64,000 nucleotides of DNA from the NCBI GenBank assembly GCA_000004985.1, contig GG738931.1. One strand, given 5' to 3'. The notes below the pieces were generated by a model. That model had not been told where the DNA came from. It worked only from the letters and a program-made list of their open reading frames with translations, and did no database searches. Source of the DNA: Naegleria gruberi. Lineage: Eukaryota. The position numbers and the translations under genes were made by a program. Positions within the stretch are counted from its first letter, which is position 1; each line of letters opens with the position of its first letter. Positions 10,018 to 21,738 of the stretch are shown piece after piece.

Positions 10018-13000
10018 TTATTCCAATCTTTGGTCCTTTCTATAATATACAGAAGAGTCTTCTTCGACAACCATTGAACTTGGAGTTGCAGTTTGTTGGG
10101 TTGGTTTTCTCTTATTCTTACAAACGAACCAAACAAGAATAATACCAATGACAAGGACACCAACCAATGCAAGAGCTGTAGCACCTGCCAAAACACCTGT
10201 AGAAATGGAGAGTCCACGAAGAGCCTCTTCAGTATTGTTGGTGACGTACGAAAAGCTTGGAATGATTGGTCTTGGGTTGACTGGCATTGGAGTGAAGGAA
10301 TCATTGTTAGGATTGGGATTTTCTGGATTGATCAATTTTGGAAGAGGGAGAGTGTTCAATTCAATTTGTGAACCATCGACACCAAATGTCTTAACATTTG
10401 CAAAGTTGTCCAAATCTCTGATTGCTGTGGTGGTTGCCTTAATAGTGAAAACGCACTCAGTGACAGGAACTGTTTGAGCAAAGGTAACTTGGATAATACC
10501 ATCTGTGGTATTCTTTTCCATTGTGGAAAATTGAAGGTAATCTCCAGTGCCCAAATCGAGAATGTTAAAGTTTGGATCGACAAGACCTCTTGCAATAGTT
10601 TCTTCAAGCTTGAAAGTATCTGGCATATCCACAATCATTTTACCTCCTTGTGGAACTTCAAAGTTGAATACCATTGATGATCTCAAAGTTATTGATTGTC
10701 CAGAGGTGGCAGTAACAATACGAGGAGACAATGTACTCACAGTCATGGAAACCTTTGTTGAGAGAACATTTTCAATGGAAGAGAAAATGTGCAAATTGTA
10801 AGAAACACCAGCCTTCAAACCTGTAATTGAAATTGTAGTGTCCTTAGTGTTGAGAACAGTTGAATCGTACATTACATGGAAATCGTAATCCATTTGGTTT
10901 GGCTTTTCCCAATGCAATTGGATGGTATCTGGTGTGACACGAGTGATTTGAATATTGCTTGGTGGCAAAACATCAGAAACATTAACAGATCGAGGAACAT
11001 TCACAGTTGATTGAACACTAGCAGTTGTATCGTAAGAAGTCTTAAAGATACATGCTGAAGGAGATAATTGCTCCCAGAAACCATTTGCAATAGAGGAAAT
11101 GAATGAGAATGATTGACTTTGTCCTGACATGATTCCAAAATTCATGATTTGGATAGAGAGCATTAATGAAGAGTCAGCATTGGATGGGTTTGTGATTGGA
11201 TCAATTTCAAGCTTTTCAACATTGTTTTCAGAGTCACCGAAATCTGTCTTTCCATTAGCAATAAAAATTGACAATCCTGATGTGGCTCCTGTTGAGAGAC
11301 TTTGAACATAAGTATTGGCATAAATATCCAAGTCATGAACAAGACCACCTTGAACAGATGTACTTCCTGGATAATCGTACCAAGTGACTGTGGTTCTGAA
11401 AACGGATTTGGCAGTAACAGTCTTCTTTAATCTCAAACAGAGTCTAGCAGTTTGAGCTTGGGATGTGAATGTATTGTCAGCGAAAACCAAAGTGACTGGA
11501 TTGTTATACTTGTCATTTAAGAGGCCACCTAATTGAACCTTACCAAAACCGTCATAAAAGTTTGGAGATCCATATTTTTGTTTGATATTGAATCTTGAAG
11601 TTTCGTCATTGGAATAAGCAACAGTTCCAGTAAGTGGTGAAGCAGAATTAATGATAGCAGCCTTCAAAAGAGTACCACTTGGATTACTAATGGACAAGGT
11701 CTTTTGGAAGAATTGACGAACAAGAGCCACTGCACCAGCTGTTGTGATTAAGAAATAAATAAATTAATAACAATATAATATAAATAATATAAATAATGTA
11801 AAGAAATAAATAAAAAACAATATAAATAATTAGTAATTAATGTTAAAACAAATACTGACCTGTGATTGGTGTTGCCATTGAAGTACCACTAAGTAAATAA
11901 AGAGCAGCATTATTATTGAGTTGAGGTGATTGAGTTCCACAATTCTTTGATGTTGTTGTACCATCAGAGTGCGTAGAAATAACTGTTTGACCAACACCGA
12001 CAACATCAGGCTTGATTCTTCCTCCCATGGCTGGTCCTCTACTAGAGAAACTGGCTAAATTGTTTTCATTATAATTGTTTGGTTGACTTGAATAACCAGT
12101 TTTAATAGCTGATGGGCAACAGTATGCACGCACTTCATCTTTGTTGTATCCACTGTAGGCACAGCATTCTGCAGTTGATGTCCAAGGCAAACCAGCTTGT
12201 TGCATCTTGTGTAAGAAATCGTCGTAATTGACACCATCAACATAACCAGCATTTGAAGTTTGATGAGCACCAACAGTCAATGTGTTCTTAGAGACAGCTG
12301 GGTAACCTGTATTACCAAATTCAGAGATTGCTCCAGAGTTACCTTGAGAGAACAAGATGATGGCTTCCTTATTATTCCATAAGAATGTGTCAGTATCTTG
12401 ACATTGAGTATTGTAAACATTACAAGCTTCGCAGCATGTTGGAACACCAAAAATGAGCTTACAATCTTCATTAGTGACAACTTGTCCTTCGTCGTATCCT
12501 TGAATTGAAACTCTCAATTTACAAGATTGGCAATTGTAAGCACAATCAACCAATGATTCTGGGCCACACCCAAAACTGTTCGAGAAAATTCTAGCCCCCA
12601 TACTGTATGGAACAGAGAATAAGTTAGAGATTGGATCAGGAATCATGAGGGATCCTGGTTGTGATGTCTTTTCCAAATCAGTAAAGAATATCTTGGCTCC
12701 AGGAGCAACACCATGATATTGGTTCAAGCCAGTATTAAGATCAGCATTTTCGATGGAACCAGCAACACTACCACAAACGTGGGTACCATGGCCATCAACT
12801 CCATCATAATTATCAGCATAAGTTGTCTTGTAATAGACAACCTTTCTTCTGAGACTGTTCATAGTATCAAATGTCATTGGTCTTGAACTATCAGAGAAGA
12901 AACAGTTATCAAAATCGAGGCCAGTATCAGCAATAGCAACAACTTGATTGGTACCAGTAATACCTAAAGCATACATTGGTGAATCTGGAGAGGTAGCTGA

Positions 13001-14134
13001 TGGGTCAATGTTTTGCATCAACTTTTGAGCATATCTGTTTTGAAGAGTGAGGAAGAGCTTTCTTTCGATAAAGTGAACATTTTGATTTTCCATCAACAAA
13101 TCACCAACACGAGAGGCAATGAGAGGAGAGAAGCTCAATCCACACTTGGTTTGATCGAGGACTTTCATTGGTTTGTATTGAATACCAGAGACATAACTTT
13201 CAGCAAGAATCTTGTTGAATTGATTGGCAAAGTTTTCAGCTTCCTCCATTTCAGTACCTGCTCTGATTGCTTCAAGAGATGGAACGAGGGAAATGATCAC
13301 CTCCACCATATTTGGATCCAAACCAAAAGGTGTAGATTTTGAACTAAGTTTTTGGGTTGCATTGAAAACATTTCTTCTAGCATTATCAACTTTTGGAGGA
13401 TTTCTCTTCATTTCTGAAGCCTTTTGTTGAATCTTTTTAAAGTTAAGTGTTGACTTGAATCTATTTTCATATTCTCCAATCCATTCAATGGAATTATCTT
13501 GTCCAATATGTTCCAAGAGGTCACTGGCCTTGGCAACAATAGAGACAACTCCTGGTGCCAAAATATTGTTAAATTTGACAGCGTCCTTGGTGAAGGCAGG
13601 TTCTTCATTCTTTTCTAAACTTGTTTCCAACATGTTCATGATTGAAACCTTGGAAATACTCTTGCTCTTCAATTTGACAATGAATTGACGTTTTGGTTCC
13701 TCAATAATTTCCTCTCCTGTTGGTAATTGACGTTTTACAGCATTGGTCAATGCCAACAATTTGGCTCTGCTCAAAGCAAGATTATTTTCACTCGTCAATG
13801 AATATCCAAAAGACATTTCATTTTGACTGATGGTATTCTCTTCGTTCATGAAGGATTTAAATTTGATAGTTGGTCCATTTGGATACTTTTTCATCTTGAG
13901 CTTGAGAAATTCCTCAACATCTTGTGCAGGAGGAATATTGCTCTCCTTCCCAATATATTTTGATGAAAGTAATGATGGAATGAATGAATAAGAAACAACA
14001 CCAACAGTGGCAATAGCAATCACTAAGGCAACAACAATCATATAACTAACATATGATTGTCTTTGTTTTTTCAATTCCGCAACCGCAGCATCATCTTGTT
14101 GATGAATATTATTATTCTGTTCTTCGAGCATCAT
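10018..14134 (-). CDS. membrane-anchored subtilisin-like serine protease (peptidase S8) with an FN3-like domain and a C-terminal TM helix. It has two exons.
   Basis: Exon 1 spans about 11860..14134, with the ATG at 14132-14134. The track start at 14137 is TTG. Exon 2 spans 10018..11738. The intron is about 11739..11859, with donor GTCAGT and acceptor ...cacaacAG. It splits ...GTSMATPIT|AGAVALVRQFF.... Catalytic motifs are VAIADTGLD (Asp), HGTHVCGSVAG (His) and GTSMATP (Ser). The N-terminal hydrophobic anchor is IVVALVIAIATVGVVSY. The FN3-like region is ITRVTPDTIQLHWEKP...YDFHVMY. The C-terminal TM is GVLAGATALALVGVLVIGIILVWFVC. Confidence 0.8.
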
Positions 14135-14576
14135 CAAAAGCCAAAATATTACAATAACGATAGTGTGCTTATTCTTTGCTGCACTGTTTTCAAATTAAAC
14201 TCGAGTATTAAGGCACAATTCAAATTTCTATCCAATCCTTCCGCGCCAACAAAATCAAAGTAAAAAGAAAACGGGAACAAGAGAGAGCTGCTTAAAGGCT
14301 TTTTTTCGTTGTGGTGGTGTGGATGAAATTAAGGCTCGAGAATGATCTTTCTGCTGTTGCGCGTTGGAAAATTGACCCGCCCAAAAACTATCACAATCTA
14401 ATCGCTCCCGTATTATCGAAACATTAAATAAAATGGATTTATCTTTACGGATCAGTAAATCATCATCATGGTGATTCCGATATAAATATTTAGAAAATAT
14501 TAATATTAAATATTGAATTATTTTTGATGAGAATATTGAATAAAGTAAAGGATTCAATTCTAAAATTAACGCCAGT

Positions 14577-15425
14577 ATGAACTTGCAAGTTGAAATTGAA
14601 ATTATTTTTTCTTTTAATCAACAAAAAAATCATCCACACATCTTGTACAATATTATTTTCATCATGACCCGATCATATATCAAAACAGATACCAAAGTTG
14701 ATAGTTGTAAAACAAGTCATCGCCAAGATCCGTTCAATTTTTCATCAGAAAATTCATCATCGGCCTTTAATTTGCAATCATTTGATGATAAAAAGAAGGT
14801 GAATAGAAAGAAGGAGCAAAATTCGTATAGAAACTCTATGAAAAATACAATGCAATCGTTTGAGAGAATTGAAGAGATTGTTGCTCAGGGAGTTGATCAA
14901 TGCATGTCAAAGAAAAAGTCATCAAAAGGTTTGGCACCACATCATCACAGAAAAGCTGTGGATGATGATTTGGGCAATATGTATCATCACGTTGTGACAG
15001 ATAGTATTAGACAGAAGGAACCAATCATGACACACAACTTACATTTAAAGAGACAATTGAAGGAAAATGTAGATAACGAATTGGAACAATTAAAGCAAGC
15101 TTTGGAAGAAAAGCAAGATCAGGAATTCTTAGATAAATATTTGGATAAAAGATCAAAGAAGGCTGTTAACAAGTTGAGGAAGAAAATGGAGAGAGAAGGA
15201 GAGGATTTCAAGAAGAATATTGTCGAGCGTGAGGAATACTTATTTAGGAAGGAAAATTATATTACAGCCGAGAAAAGAATTGAAGACACATTTAACAAAT
15301 TGAAAGTGAGCTACATTAACAGTCTGACCACTGAGGAAAAGGTTGCACTCAAAGAATTGGAAAAGTACAAACAAACCGAAAGTCCTCTTGTTTTCAAACA
15401 TTACAGAAAGACTAAATCCAAGTAA
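14577..15425 (+). CDS. hypothetical K/E-rich coiled-coil protein
   Basis: The ORF starts at 14577. The true start may be the later ATG near 14664 (MTRSYIKTD). The C-terminal half is charged heptad-like sequence (ELEQLKQALEEKQDQEFLDKYLDKRSKKAVNKLRKKMEREGEDFKK). Confidence 0.5.
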   Translation: MNLQVEIEIIFSFNQQKNHPHILYNIIFIMTRSYIKTDTKVDSCKTSHRQDPFNFSSENSSSAFNLQSFDDKKKVNRKKEQNSYRNSMKNTMQSFERIEEIVAQGVDQCMSKKKSSKGLAPHHHRKAVDDDLGNMYHHVVTDSIRQKEPIMTHNLHLKRQLKENVDNELEQLKQALEEKQDQEFLDKYLDKRSKKAVNKLRKKMEREGEDFKKNIVEREEYLFRKENYITAEKRIEDTFNKLKVSYINSLTTEEKVALKELEKYKQTESPLVFKHYRKTKSK

Positions 15426-15487
15426 TTAAATATTTGTTGATTTTAAGTTTGAAAATGTGAGACAATATTTTTTCCCTGTCTATCTAC

Positions 15488-16683
15488 TTATTGGTTTGTT
15501 CTCAATAGTATCATTACTTGGAAATTGCAGGAGTGATTGATCCATTTTACTATAAGAACACCTGCTAATCCATAAAAAATCATAAAAAAAAAAGTATTAT
15601 TTAAAAAACGACTAAATTGATCTTTTATAAAACTATTCTTGATGAGGTTCTTACTAGATTCCCACAATTCAACTTGTTTTTCCACTTCGTAGGATTCGTC
15701 AGAGGAATTTTTCTTTTCCTTTCCATCATAATAAGATCCAGAGATTATTCCAGTTTCGTTTGGATTCACCAATTTTGCTAAATCGCCACCAGAAACAGAT
15801 AATTCTTTTCTCAAATCCTTTGCATGTTCAATCATTCCCTTTTTTCTTTCAGGATCAATATTTCTTGTCAAACTAATTATGGAAATAGTTGAATATTTAT
15901 CTGAAACTATTCGATACTTACCTTGTTTCTGGAATAAATCCAGGATTGAAACAAGTTACACGGAATTGATTCTTGAATTCACTTGAATTTTGTAATCTTT
16001 TCCATAATTCATAAGTGAAAAGAATATTCAAGAGTTTGGAAGTTGGATATCTACTTCCAATTTCTTCTGGAGTTTCGTATGGTGGTGAAATGAGTTTCTC
16101 AATGGAATCATATTTTGCTTTTGGCATTGGAATTTTCAATTTTGGATCTGTTTCGAATAAAAAGTTTCGAATAAAGTTAAATTAAACTTCAATGAAAATT
16201 CTAATAGAATTACTTACCATGAACTTCACTACTAACAACAGCAATTGAATTAATTTCCTTTTGATCTCTTTCGAATAATGGAAGCAACAAGTTAGTGAGC
16301 AAGAAATGACCTATATGATTAACACCAACTGTGATTTCATATCCTTGTTTGGTTAAAGTCAACTTTGGAGGGGCAACAATTCCTGCATTTGCTACTAATG
16401 CCTTCAATGGTGGGAGTTTGGCACTTTCGAATTCCTTCACAAACTTTCGAACAGATTCCAAATCAGATAAATCCAAAAGAATCAAACTAATCCTATCCGA
16501 AACTGATCCATTCAAAATAGTTTCCAAAGCTTCCTTTCCTCTACTTTCATCTCTACAAGCCAACACAACATGCCATTCCAATTTCTCATCTGCAAATAAT
16601 TGTTTAGCACATTCGAAACCTAATCCACAATTAGCTCCAGTTACAATTACAGTTCTCTTTCCTCTGTTTAATGTTGAAGACAT
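15488..16683 (-). CDS. short-chain dehydrogenase/reductase (SDR, retinol-dehydrogenase/WWOX-like) with three exons
   Basis: Exon 1 spans 16218..16683 (MSSTLNRGKRTVIVTGANCGLGFECAK, the Rossmann TGxxxGxG motif, and NAG). Intron 1 spans 16148..16217, with donor GTAAGT and acceptor acAG. Exon 2 spans 15922..16147 (YPTSKLLN, the catalytic YxxxK motif, and NPGFIPE). Intron 2 spans 15873..15921, with donor GTAAGT and acceptor aattAG. Exon 3 spans 15488..15872. The frames join cleanly as ...SSEVH|DPKLKIP... and ...IPET|SLTRNID.... Confidence 0.8.
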
Positions 16684-17050
16684 TCTTCTATTTTTTTTTT
16701 GATTTTGTGTTTTTGAAACTTTTCTTCCTTTAAAAGGTTTTTGTAAAATGTGCGTCGTCTGTTAGTGCACACGCGGATTTTTGTAATCACAAGTGAAAAT
16801 TGTTGCGCACAAATTAAGGAACGGGTGAAATTTTAATTTTGTGAGGATCAAGTGTGCTAATGGAGAATCAATTAATACTTTTCATTATTTTCGTTTGATT
16901 CACTAAATGTCCGTGGTCTGTGAGCTGTCCATCCCATTGACCAATAACTATTCGAAATTTACACTATTCTTCATCAATACTGGGTTTCTACCTTCAATTC
17001 CTATCTAAATAAATGGAGTTGGGCTGAGTTAGAACTTGGAGTTGTTTATT

Positions 17051-18559
17051 TTACAGTTTACTTGCAAATCCACCGAATGAAGGTTTGGCTGCTAAGCTTG
17101 GTTGACCGAAACTAATTAGTTCCTTATTGATCGATTCTGACCAAACCATTGGCTTACCAGTCAAGTCTCTAACATCAGTAAATAGCAGTTTAGGATAATT
17201 TCCTTTTGGATTTTGAGCCATTTTCATAAGTGGACTCTTTTTAACTTGTTTTGGATCAAGAATTTTCAAATCTTGAAATACATAGTACAATTTTGCGAAA
17301 CTTAGATTAGAGTTTCCATATGAATCAACTATAAACTTGTTGAATTGATAGTCATTCAACGTTACATAGATTACATTTGCTACCTTGTCATTTCCTAGTT
17401 TGGAAAATATAGCATGGTTGACATCTGAAATAAATTTCGAATATTGGGAAGGATCTAATGGTCTAGCTCCTTCATGATTATCATCATTGCAATTAGATAC
17501 AATGTTATTGACCATAAAACTTGGAATTTTCTCTCCAGTTTCTTTCATTTCTGTATATTTACATTTCCATAATTGGAAAGAATAATTTTCCTTCTCATTC
17601 ACATAACAACCAGCAAACGAATCATGCATATACACACAACTCAAATCCTGAATCAACAATCCATCATTCTTATACAAATCCTTCATTGCCACCACATAAT
17701 CCTTCACATCTTCAATTTCCCTGACACTTGACAAGTTCTCCAACTCTTTGCCAACATTCATTCCAACAAATGTCAACTTTTGCTCACCCACAAACATCCC
17801 ACAATTAGCACCCACTCCAATACTCTTCATATTATCTTCAAATATGTTACAATAACCAAACCTAACGCCCATTCGTTTTTGTAAAAGTGCTGCCATGTAC
17901 ATGGTTAGATATTTTGTATGATTGTTGGATCTCATCTTTTGATTGACCCATGCAGAACCGATAACTGCTATTTTGTGTTTCATTCCATCGACGAAGGCAT
18001 CCTTTATGGAGAAGGCGATCATGCTGCAGGGAGTTGCTTGGAATAGATCAGTTTCGGCTGTTTCGTCCAGTGGGTTTTCGTTGGAATGTGGTGTTGGATT
18101 CAAGACTTTGAGGTAGACGAGAAAGTGGTGAGAAGAATGTTTGAATTGTGAATATTGAGACCACCTTTCGAATATGTTATCGTGAACTTTGAGCATGGAA
18201 ACAAGTTTCTTTCCTTTCAGATAGTAAAAGTATTCGTCGAAAGATTCCTTTTCCTTGTCGATGGCCATTAATTCCTGTTGAAACCATGAGTGGAGAGGAT
18301 TAGTTTCGAGATTCGTCTTGTTTCCAATATCTTTCATAGTCTTGATGGAAGCACTGTGGTAGATATTGGCAAGCATGGGATTCTGTGGATGCAACAAGAA
18401 CAGCATGTAATATGGCTTTTCGTCTGGATTGGACGAAACTCCATTCGAATCATCAATTGGTGAAACCAACTTGAAATCCTTAGAGAAGAAAATATATTGA
18501 TGAGTGAGCAACAAGTCTGCATGTTCCTCCTTAACAATATGTTGATACGCAGCTTCCAT
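17051..18559 (-). CDS. hypothetical 502-aa protein ending in -SKL (peroxisomal targeting signal 1)
   Basis: ATG start (MEAAYQHIVKEEH). The C-terminal tripeptide is ...GGFASKL. No confident family motif is recognised. Confidence 0.55.
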   Translation of the reverse strand: MEAAYQHIVKEEHADLLLTHQYIFFSKDFKLVSPIDDSNGVSSNPDEKPYYMLFLLHPQNPMLANIYHSASIKTMKDIGNKTNLETNPLHSWFQQELMAIDKEKESFDEYFYYLKGKKLVSMLKVHDNIFERWSQYSQFKHSSHHFLVYLKVLNPTPHSNENPLDETAETDLFQATPCSMIAFSIKDAFVDGMKHKIAVIGSAWVNQKMRSNNHTKYLTMYMAALLQKRMGVRFGYCNIFEDNMKSIGVGANCGMFVGEQKLTFVGMNVGKELENLSSVREIEDVKDYVVAMKDLYKNDGLLIQDLSCVYMHDSFAGCYVNEKENYSFQLWKCKYTEMKETGEKIPSFMVNNIVSNCNDDNHEGARPLDPSQYSKFISDVNHAIFSKLGNDKVANVIYVTLNDYQFNKFIVDSYGNSNLSFAKLYYVFQDLKILDPKQVKKSPLMKMAQNPKGNYPKLLFTDVRDLTGKPMVWSESINKELISFGQPSLAAKPSFGGFASKL

Positions 18560-18985
18560 ACTTTCGAATAAATGTTATTTTTTTGGTGTTTAGTTTGGTT
18601 TCTGTAAACACCACATTGTGAAATGGAAAGAACTTGTGTCCCGCACTGGAACTATCTATTTCGTTTATTTGATATCCTCGCGATGATGTGAAACAGATCA
18701 ACTTCCACTACATGCATTTTAACTTGCTGACAAGCGAAGGATCTAGGAGCCCAGAGATTTTTGTAAAATCAATTATTTTGAAAAGTTTGAATTAGAAACG
18801 CAAGGTCGCGCTGGAAAATAAACCATTAGGACTATATTAAGCAAAAATGCTACAAAAAATATATTTCATTACACGTGTATTACAACAATATATTGAAATA
18901 GGTATTCCTTTACAAAAAGCAATAAGTGGGCACAAGTGTATTACGATGGACTGACTGTATACAGTCATATTCAAAGAAAACAATT

Positions 18986-20110
18986 TTACATTACAGAACA
19001 TTTTTTCGATTGTTTCATCAACTTTCTCTGCTTTTTACAAGTTTCAATGAATGCAGAATCGTGTTGAATGACTTCCTTCAGGAGTTTCAGATTATCACCT
19101 GATCCATATCTCTTTAGTCTTACACATTCTTCATATACTCGAATAATGTTTTCTCCCGTCTTGGCACTTGTTTCAATGATGAAAGTATTGGTCAATTGAG
19201 ATTGTTTAATGATGGTAGCAATTTGGTTAGTAAATTTCTCAATGGTGATTGGTCGATCTGTTTCATTCAATAAATCGACCTTATTTAAGGCAAATACTAC
19301 TGGAAAGCTATTTTCCTCAAAGTCCTTAACTCTTACTAATTGTTCTACAAGTGGTTCGGCTTCTTCCACTGAATTACTATCTACCAAATCACAAACAAGA
19401 ACGAAACACTCTCCATATCTCATAAAATGATCTCTCGCGGACTTGATAAATTTAATTAGTTTAGAATGGCATTATTCTAAAGAACTTACACTGTATTCAT
19501 GTTCAGCAGAGTCCAAAACTTCAAATAATGTAGGAAAACCATCAACCAACAATTGTTTTCTATAAACATCCTCTATTGTTGGATCATATTGTTCAATAAA
19601 GAAATCTTGTATATATTTCACTGTCATTGCAGACTTTCCTATTTCAAAATAATTAACCTATTAACAGAAAATTATTAAATTCTTACCTACTCCTCCCTTT
19701 CCAATCATCACCACTTTAGTTTTCTCAATTCCATCCAATTTTTTAGGTGTTCCCCAAATGTGAAACTTAATAAATGCAGCCATCAGCACTTTCCTCTTCA
19801 ATTCTCTCTTTAGAATCATTTCCTCCTTCAGTAAACTAAACTCCTTCTCCAAAGATGGATTAATTCCAAACCAAATCTCCCAAACCTTCCACCAAAATCT
19901 ATCAAAATATCGTTCCATCTCTGGCATACTAGCAATCTTCCTATTCAATGATTGAAAATTAGCCATATATCGTACATAGGATCGTATTTCACTGCTCCCA
20001 CTCGAAAAATTCTTTTTCAGCAATTCGGAATCTCCCACTCCGAACGATAAAATGTGTTGATAAATTTCATAGGGAAGTGATGAGAATTGTGTGATGTGTT
20101 TTGGAGCCAT
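18986..20110 (-). CDS. F-box-like N-terminal domain fused to an atypical Ras-family small GTPase with a CaaX tail. This is copy A; it has three exons.
   Basis: Exon 1 spans 19687..20110 (MAPKHITQFSSLPYEIYQHILSF...VVMIGKGGVGK). Intron 1 spans 19639..19686. Exon 2 spans 19490..19638 (SAMTVKYIQDFFIEQYDPTIEDVYRKQLLVDGFPTLFEVLDSAEHEYS). Intron 2 spans 19442..19489. Exon 3 spans 18986..19441 (SARDHFMRYGECFVLVCD...ALNKVD...ETSAK...KKCSVM*). Both donors are GTAAGA/GTAAGT. The start is set at MAPKH by homology with copy B. The ORF-track extension upstream of it, to 20272, is taken as UTR. Confidence 0.8.
18986..20110. repeat. arm A of an inverted gene-sized duplication (partner at 55880..57007)
   Basis: I compared exon 3 and the intron sequences of the two copies by eye. 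They are about 95% identical at the nucleotide level, including the introns. Similarity ends within about 10-15 bp beyond the start and stop codons. Confidence 0.8.
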
Positions 20111-20271
20111 TTTTTTCTGATGTTCAAAACCAAGTTCACTGTTGTTTTGCCGATTACAACAATTACAACGGAACGACTCTTCTCCTGGTGGGAAAGGAGC
20201 CAAACATAATATTGGCTTGCAGAGATGAATCATCGAAATATTACTCAACCACATGCCAATCCGAAGCATCA

Positions 20272-21738
20272 TTATTTTCTATTGATAATTGAAAGATCTG
20301 TAAATGGATGTGGTGACTTGACAATATAATTAAACTTGTTAGGAAATAATGTAAATTGGTTCCTTCTATAATTGACTTTAACAATGGTACCAACAGCAAT
20401 AGTTGCACGTCCATCCCTAATTATAATTCTTCCAAGTTTGTTGCAATCATTGTAGCTATCCACAAATAATGGAACAGTAGGTGCCAATTCAACAAGTGCT
20501 ACATCTCCTATTTCAAGACAGGATGGATTTTCCTCAATTATTATTGAGCTATCTGTAGGATTCAATATCCCAATCAATTTCTCAAATTTAGTATTGGCAA
20601 AAGCTAGCCCACAATGTACTATTGGAGCATAACCAGCCCTTATTGAGGGTTTAGGAGTATTAATTATTGAAATTTGTGCTATAAACCTGGATGCTGCCTT
20701 ACATGGTGAAAAATATGGATCGCTTATTATGTAACCAGTTTTAGTTGGTGGCAGATTATCGAATTCAATACCAACCAGAGAGTTGGAAAATGCTCTCTCC
20801 TTGTTGGTATGTGAAATTTGAATATTCTTCACTCTCACATTAATCAATTCTCCACTATGCACTCGTGGAATTTGAACTGTCATTCCAACCTTAACCATTC
20901 CACTAATAATATATCCAGCAAGAATGCCATTCGGCAACTTGGGTTTAAAAATTGCAATTCTCAATGGCTCTCGCAAACATTCCTCAACAGTCCTTTGAAA
21001 GTTGGTTTCCATATTATTCAACGTTTCAGTGAGTGTTTTTCCACAATACCATTTCATATTTTCTGACCTCTCAAAAACATTATCTCCACACTCTCCACAA
21101 ATTGGAATGAATGGAATTTCTTGCTTGATTCCAACTGTCTTGATTAATTTACCAATACTTGTTTTAATTTCCAAAAATCTCTTCTCTGAATATTTCACAC
21201 AATCCATCTTATTGACACACACTATGAACCTCTCAATTCCAGCAACTTTTGAATAAATTAGTTGCTGCTTATAAGAAAATGATAGATTCTCTCGGTGGAA
21301 TCCAGCTTCAAACTCTCCATCAGATGCACTAACCACCATCAAACAAACATTTCCCATCGAAATCCCTTGAATTGTCTTCTTTATAAAATCACCATGTCCA
21401 GGTGTGTCAATAATCCGAAATTGACAAGCAGACAATTCAATTACATGTTTAGCATTCACATCAGTACTTATTTCTCTCTCTGCCTGAGTTGGAGAATCCA
21501 GCATGAGTGAAGAGATATGAAAATGATTTCTATTTCCCATCCATGATTGAATTCCAAATCGTTGAAAAATCGCTTGTTGTCCTTGCTGATAAAGCTCACA
21601 TTGACGCTTTAATTGTTCATAAACTTGTGGTTTAATTTTTCTTACCAATTGACCACCAAGTGTTGATTTTCCGCAGTCTACAAATCCAATCAAGACTAGA
21701 TTAAATTCTTCGGGTTTGATTTTTCTATGATCAGACAT
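20272..21738 (-). CDS. divergent eEF1A/HBS1/eRF3-family translational GTPase (488 aa)
   Basis: Recognised elements: G1 GFVDCGKST (canonical GHVDSGKST), QAEREISTDV (ERERGITID), G3 IIDTPGHGDF, GEFEAG, G4 VNKMD, a domain II beta-barrel (ILAGYIISGMVKVGMTV) and a domain III (RIIIRDGRATIAVGTIVKV). Only 11 residues precede the P-loop. Confidence 0.8.
   Translation of the reverse strand: MSDHRKIKPEEFNLVLIGFVDCGKSTLGGQLVRKIKPQVYEQLKRQCELYQQGQQAIFQRFGIQSWMGNRNHFHISSLMLDSPTQAEREISTDVNAKHVIELSACQFRIIDTPGHGDFIKKTIQGISMGNVCLMVVSASDGEFEAGFHRENLSFSYKQQLIYSKVAGIERFIVCVNKMDCVKYSEKRFLEIKTSIGKLIKTVGIKQEIPFIPICGECGDNVFERSENMKWYCGKTLTETLNNMETNFQRTVEECLREPLRIAIFKPKLPNGILAGYIISGMVKVGMTVQIPRVHSGELINVRVKNIQISHTNKERAFSNSLVGIEFDNLPPTKTGYIISDPYFSPCKAASRFIAQISIINTPKPSIRAGYAPIVHCGLAFANTKFEKLIGILNPTDSSIIIEENPSCLEIGDVALVELAPTVPLFVDSYNDCNKLGRIIIRDGRATIAVGTIVKVNYRRNQFTLFPNKFNYIVKSPHPFTDLSIINRK

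Noticed and set aside
20111-20272. ORF-track extension of Ras copy A upstream to 20272 (MMLRIGMWLSNISMIHLCKPILCLAPFPPGEESFRCNCCNRQNNSELGFEHQKK...).
   Set aside because: Copy B starts cleanly at MAPKR after an A-rich leader with upstream stops, and nucleotide similarity between the copies ends about 10 bp upstream of the ATG. The extension is 5'UTR that happens to be open.
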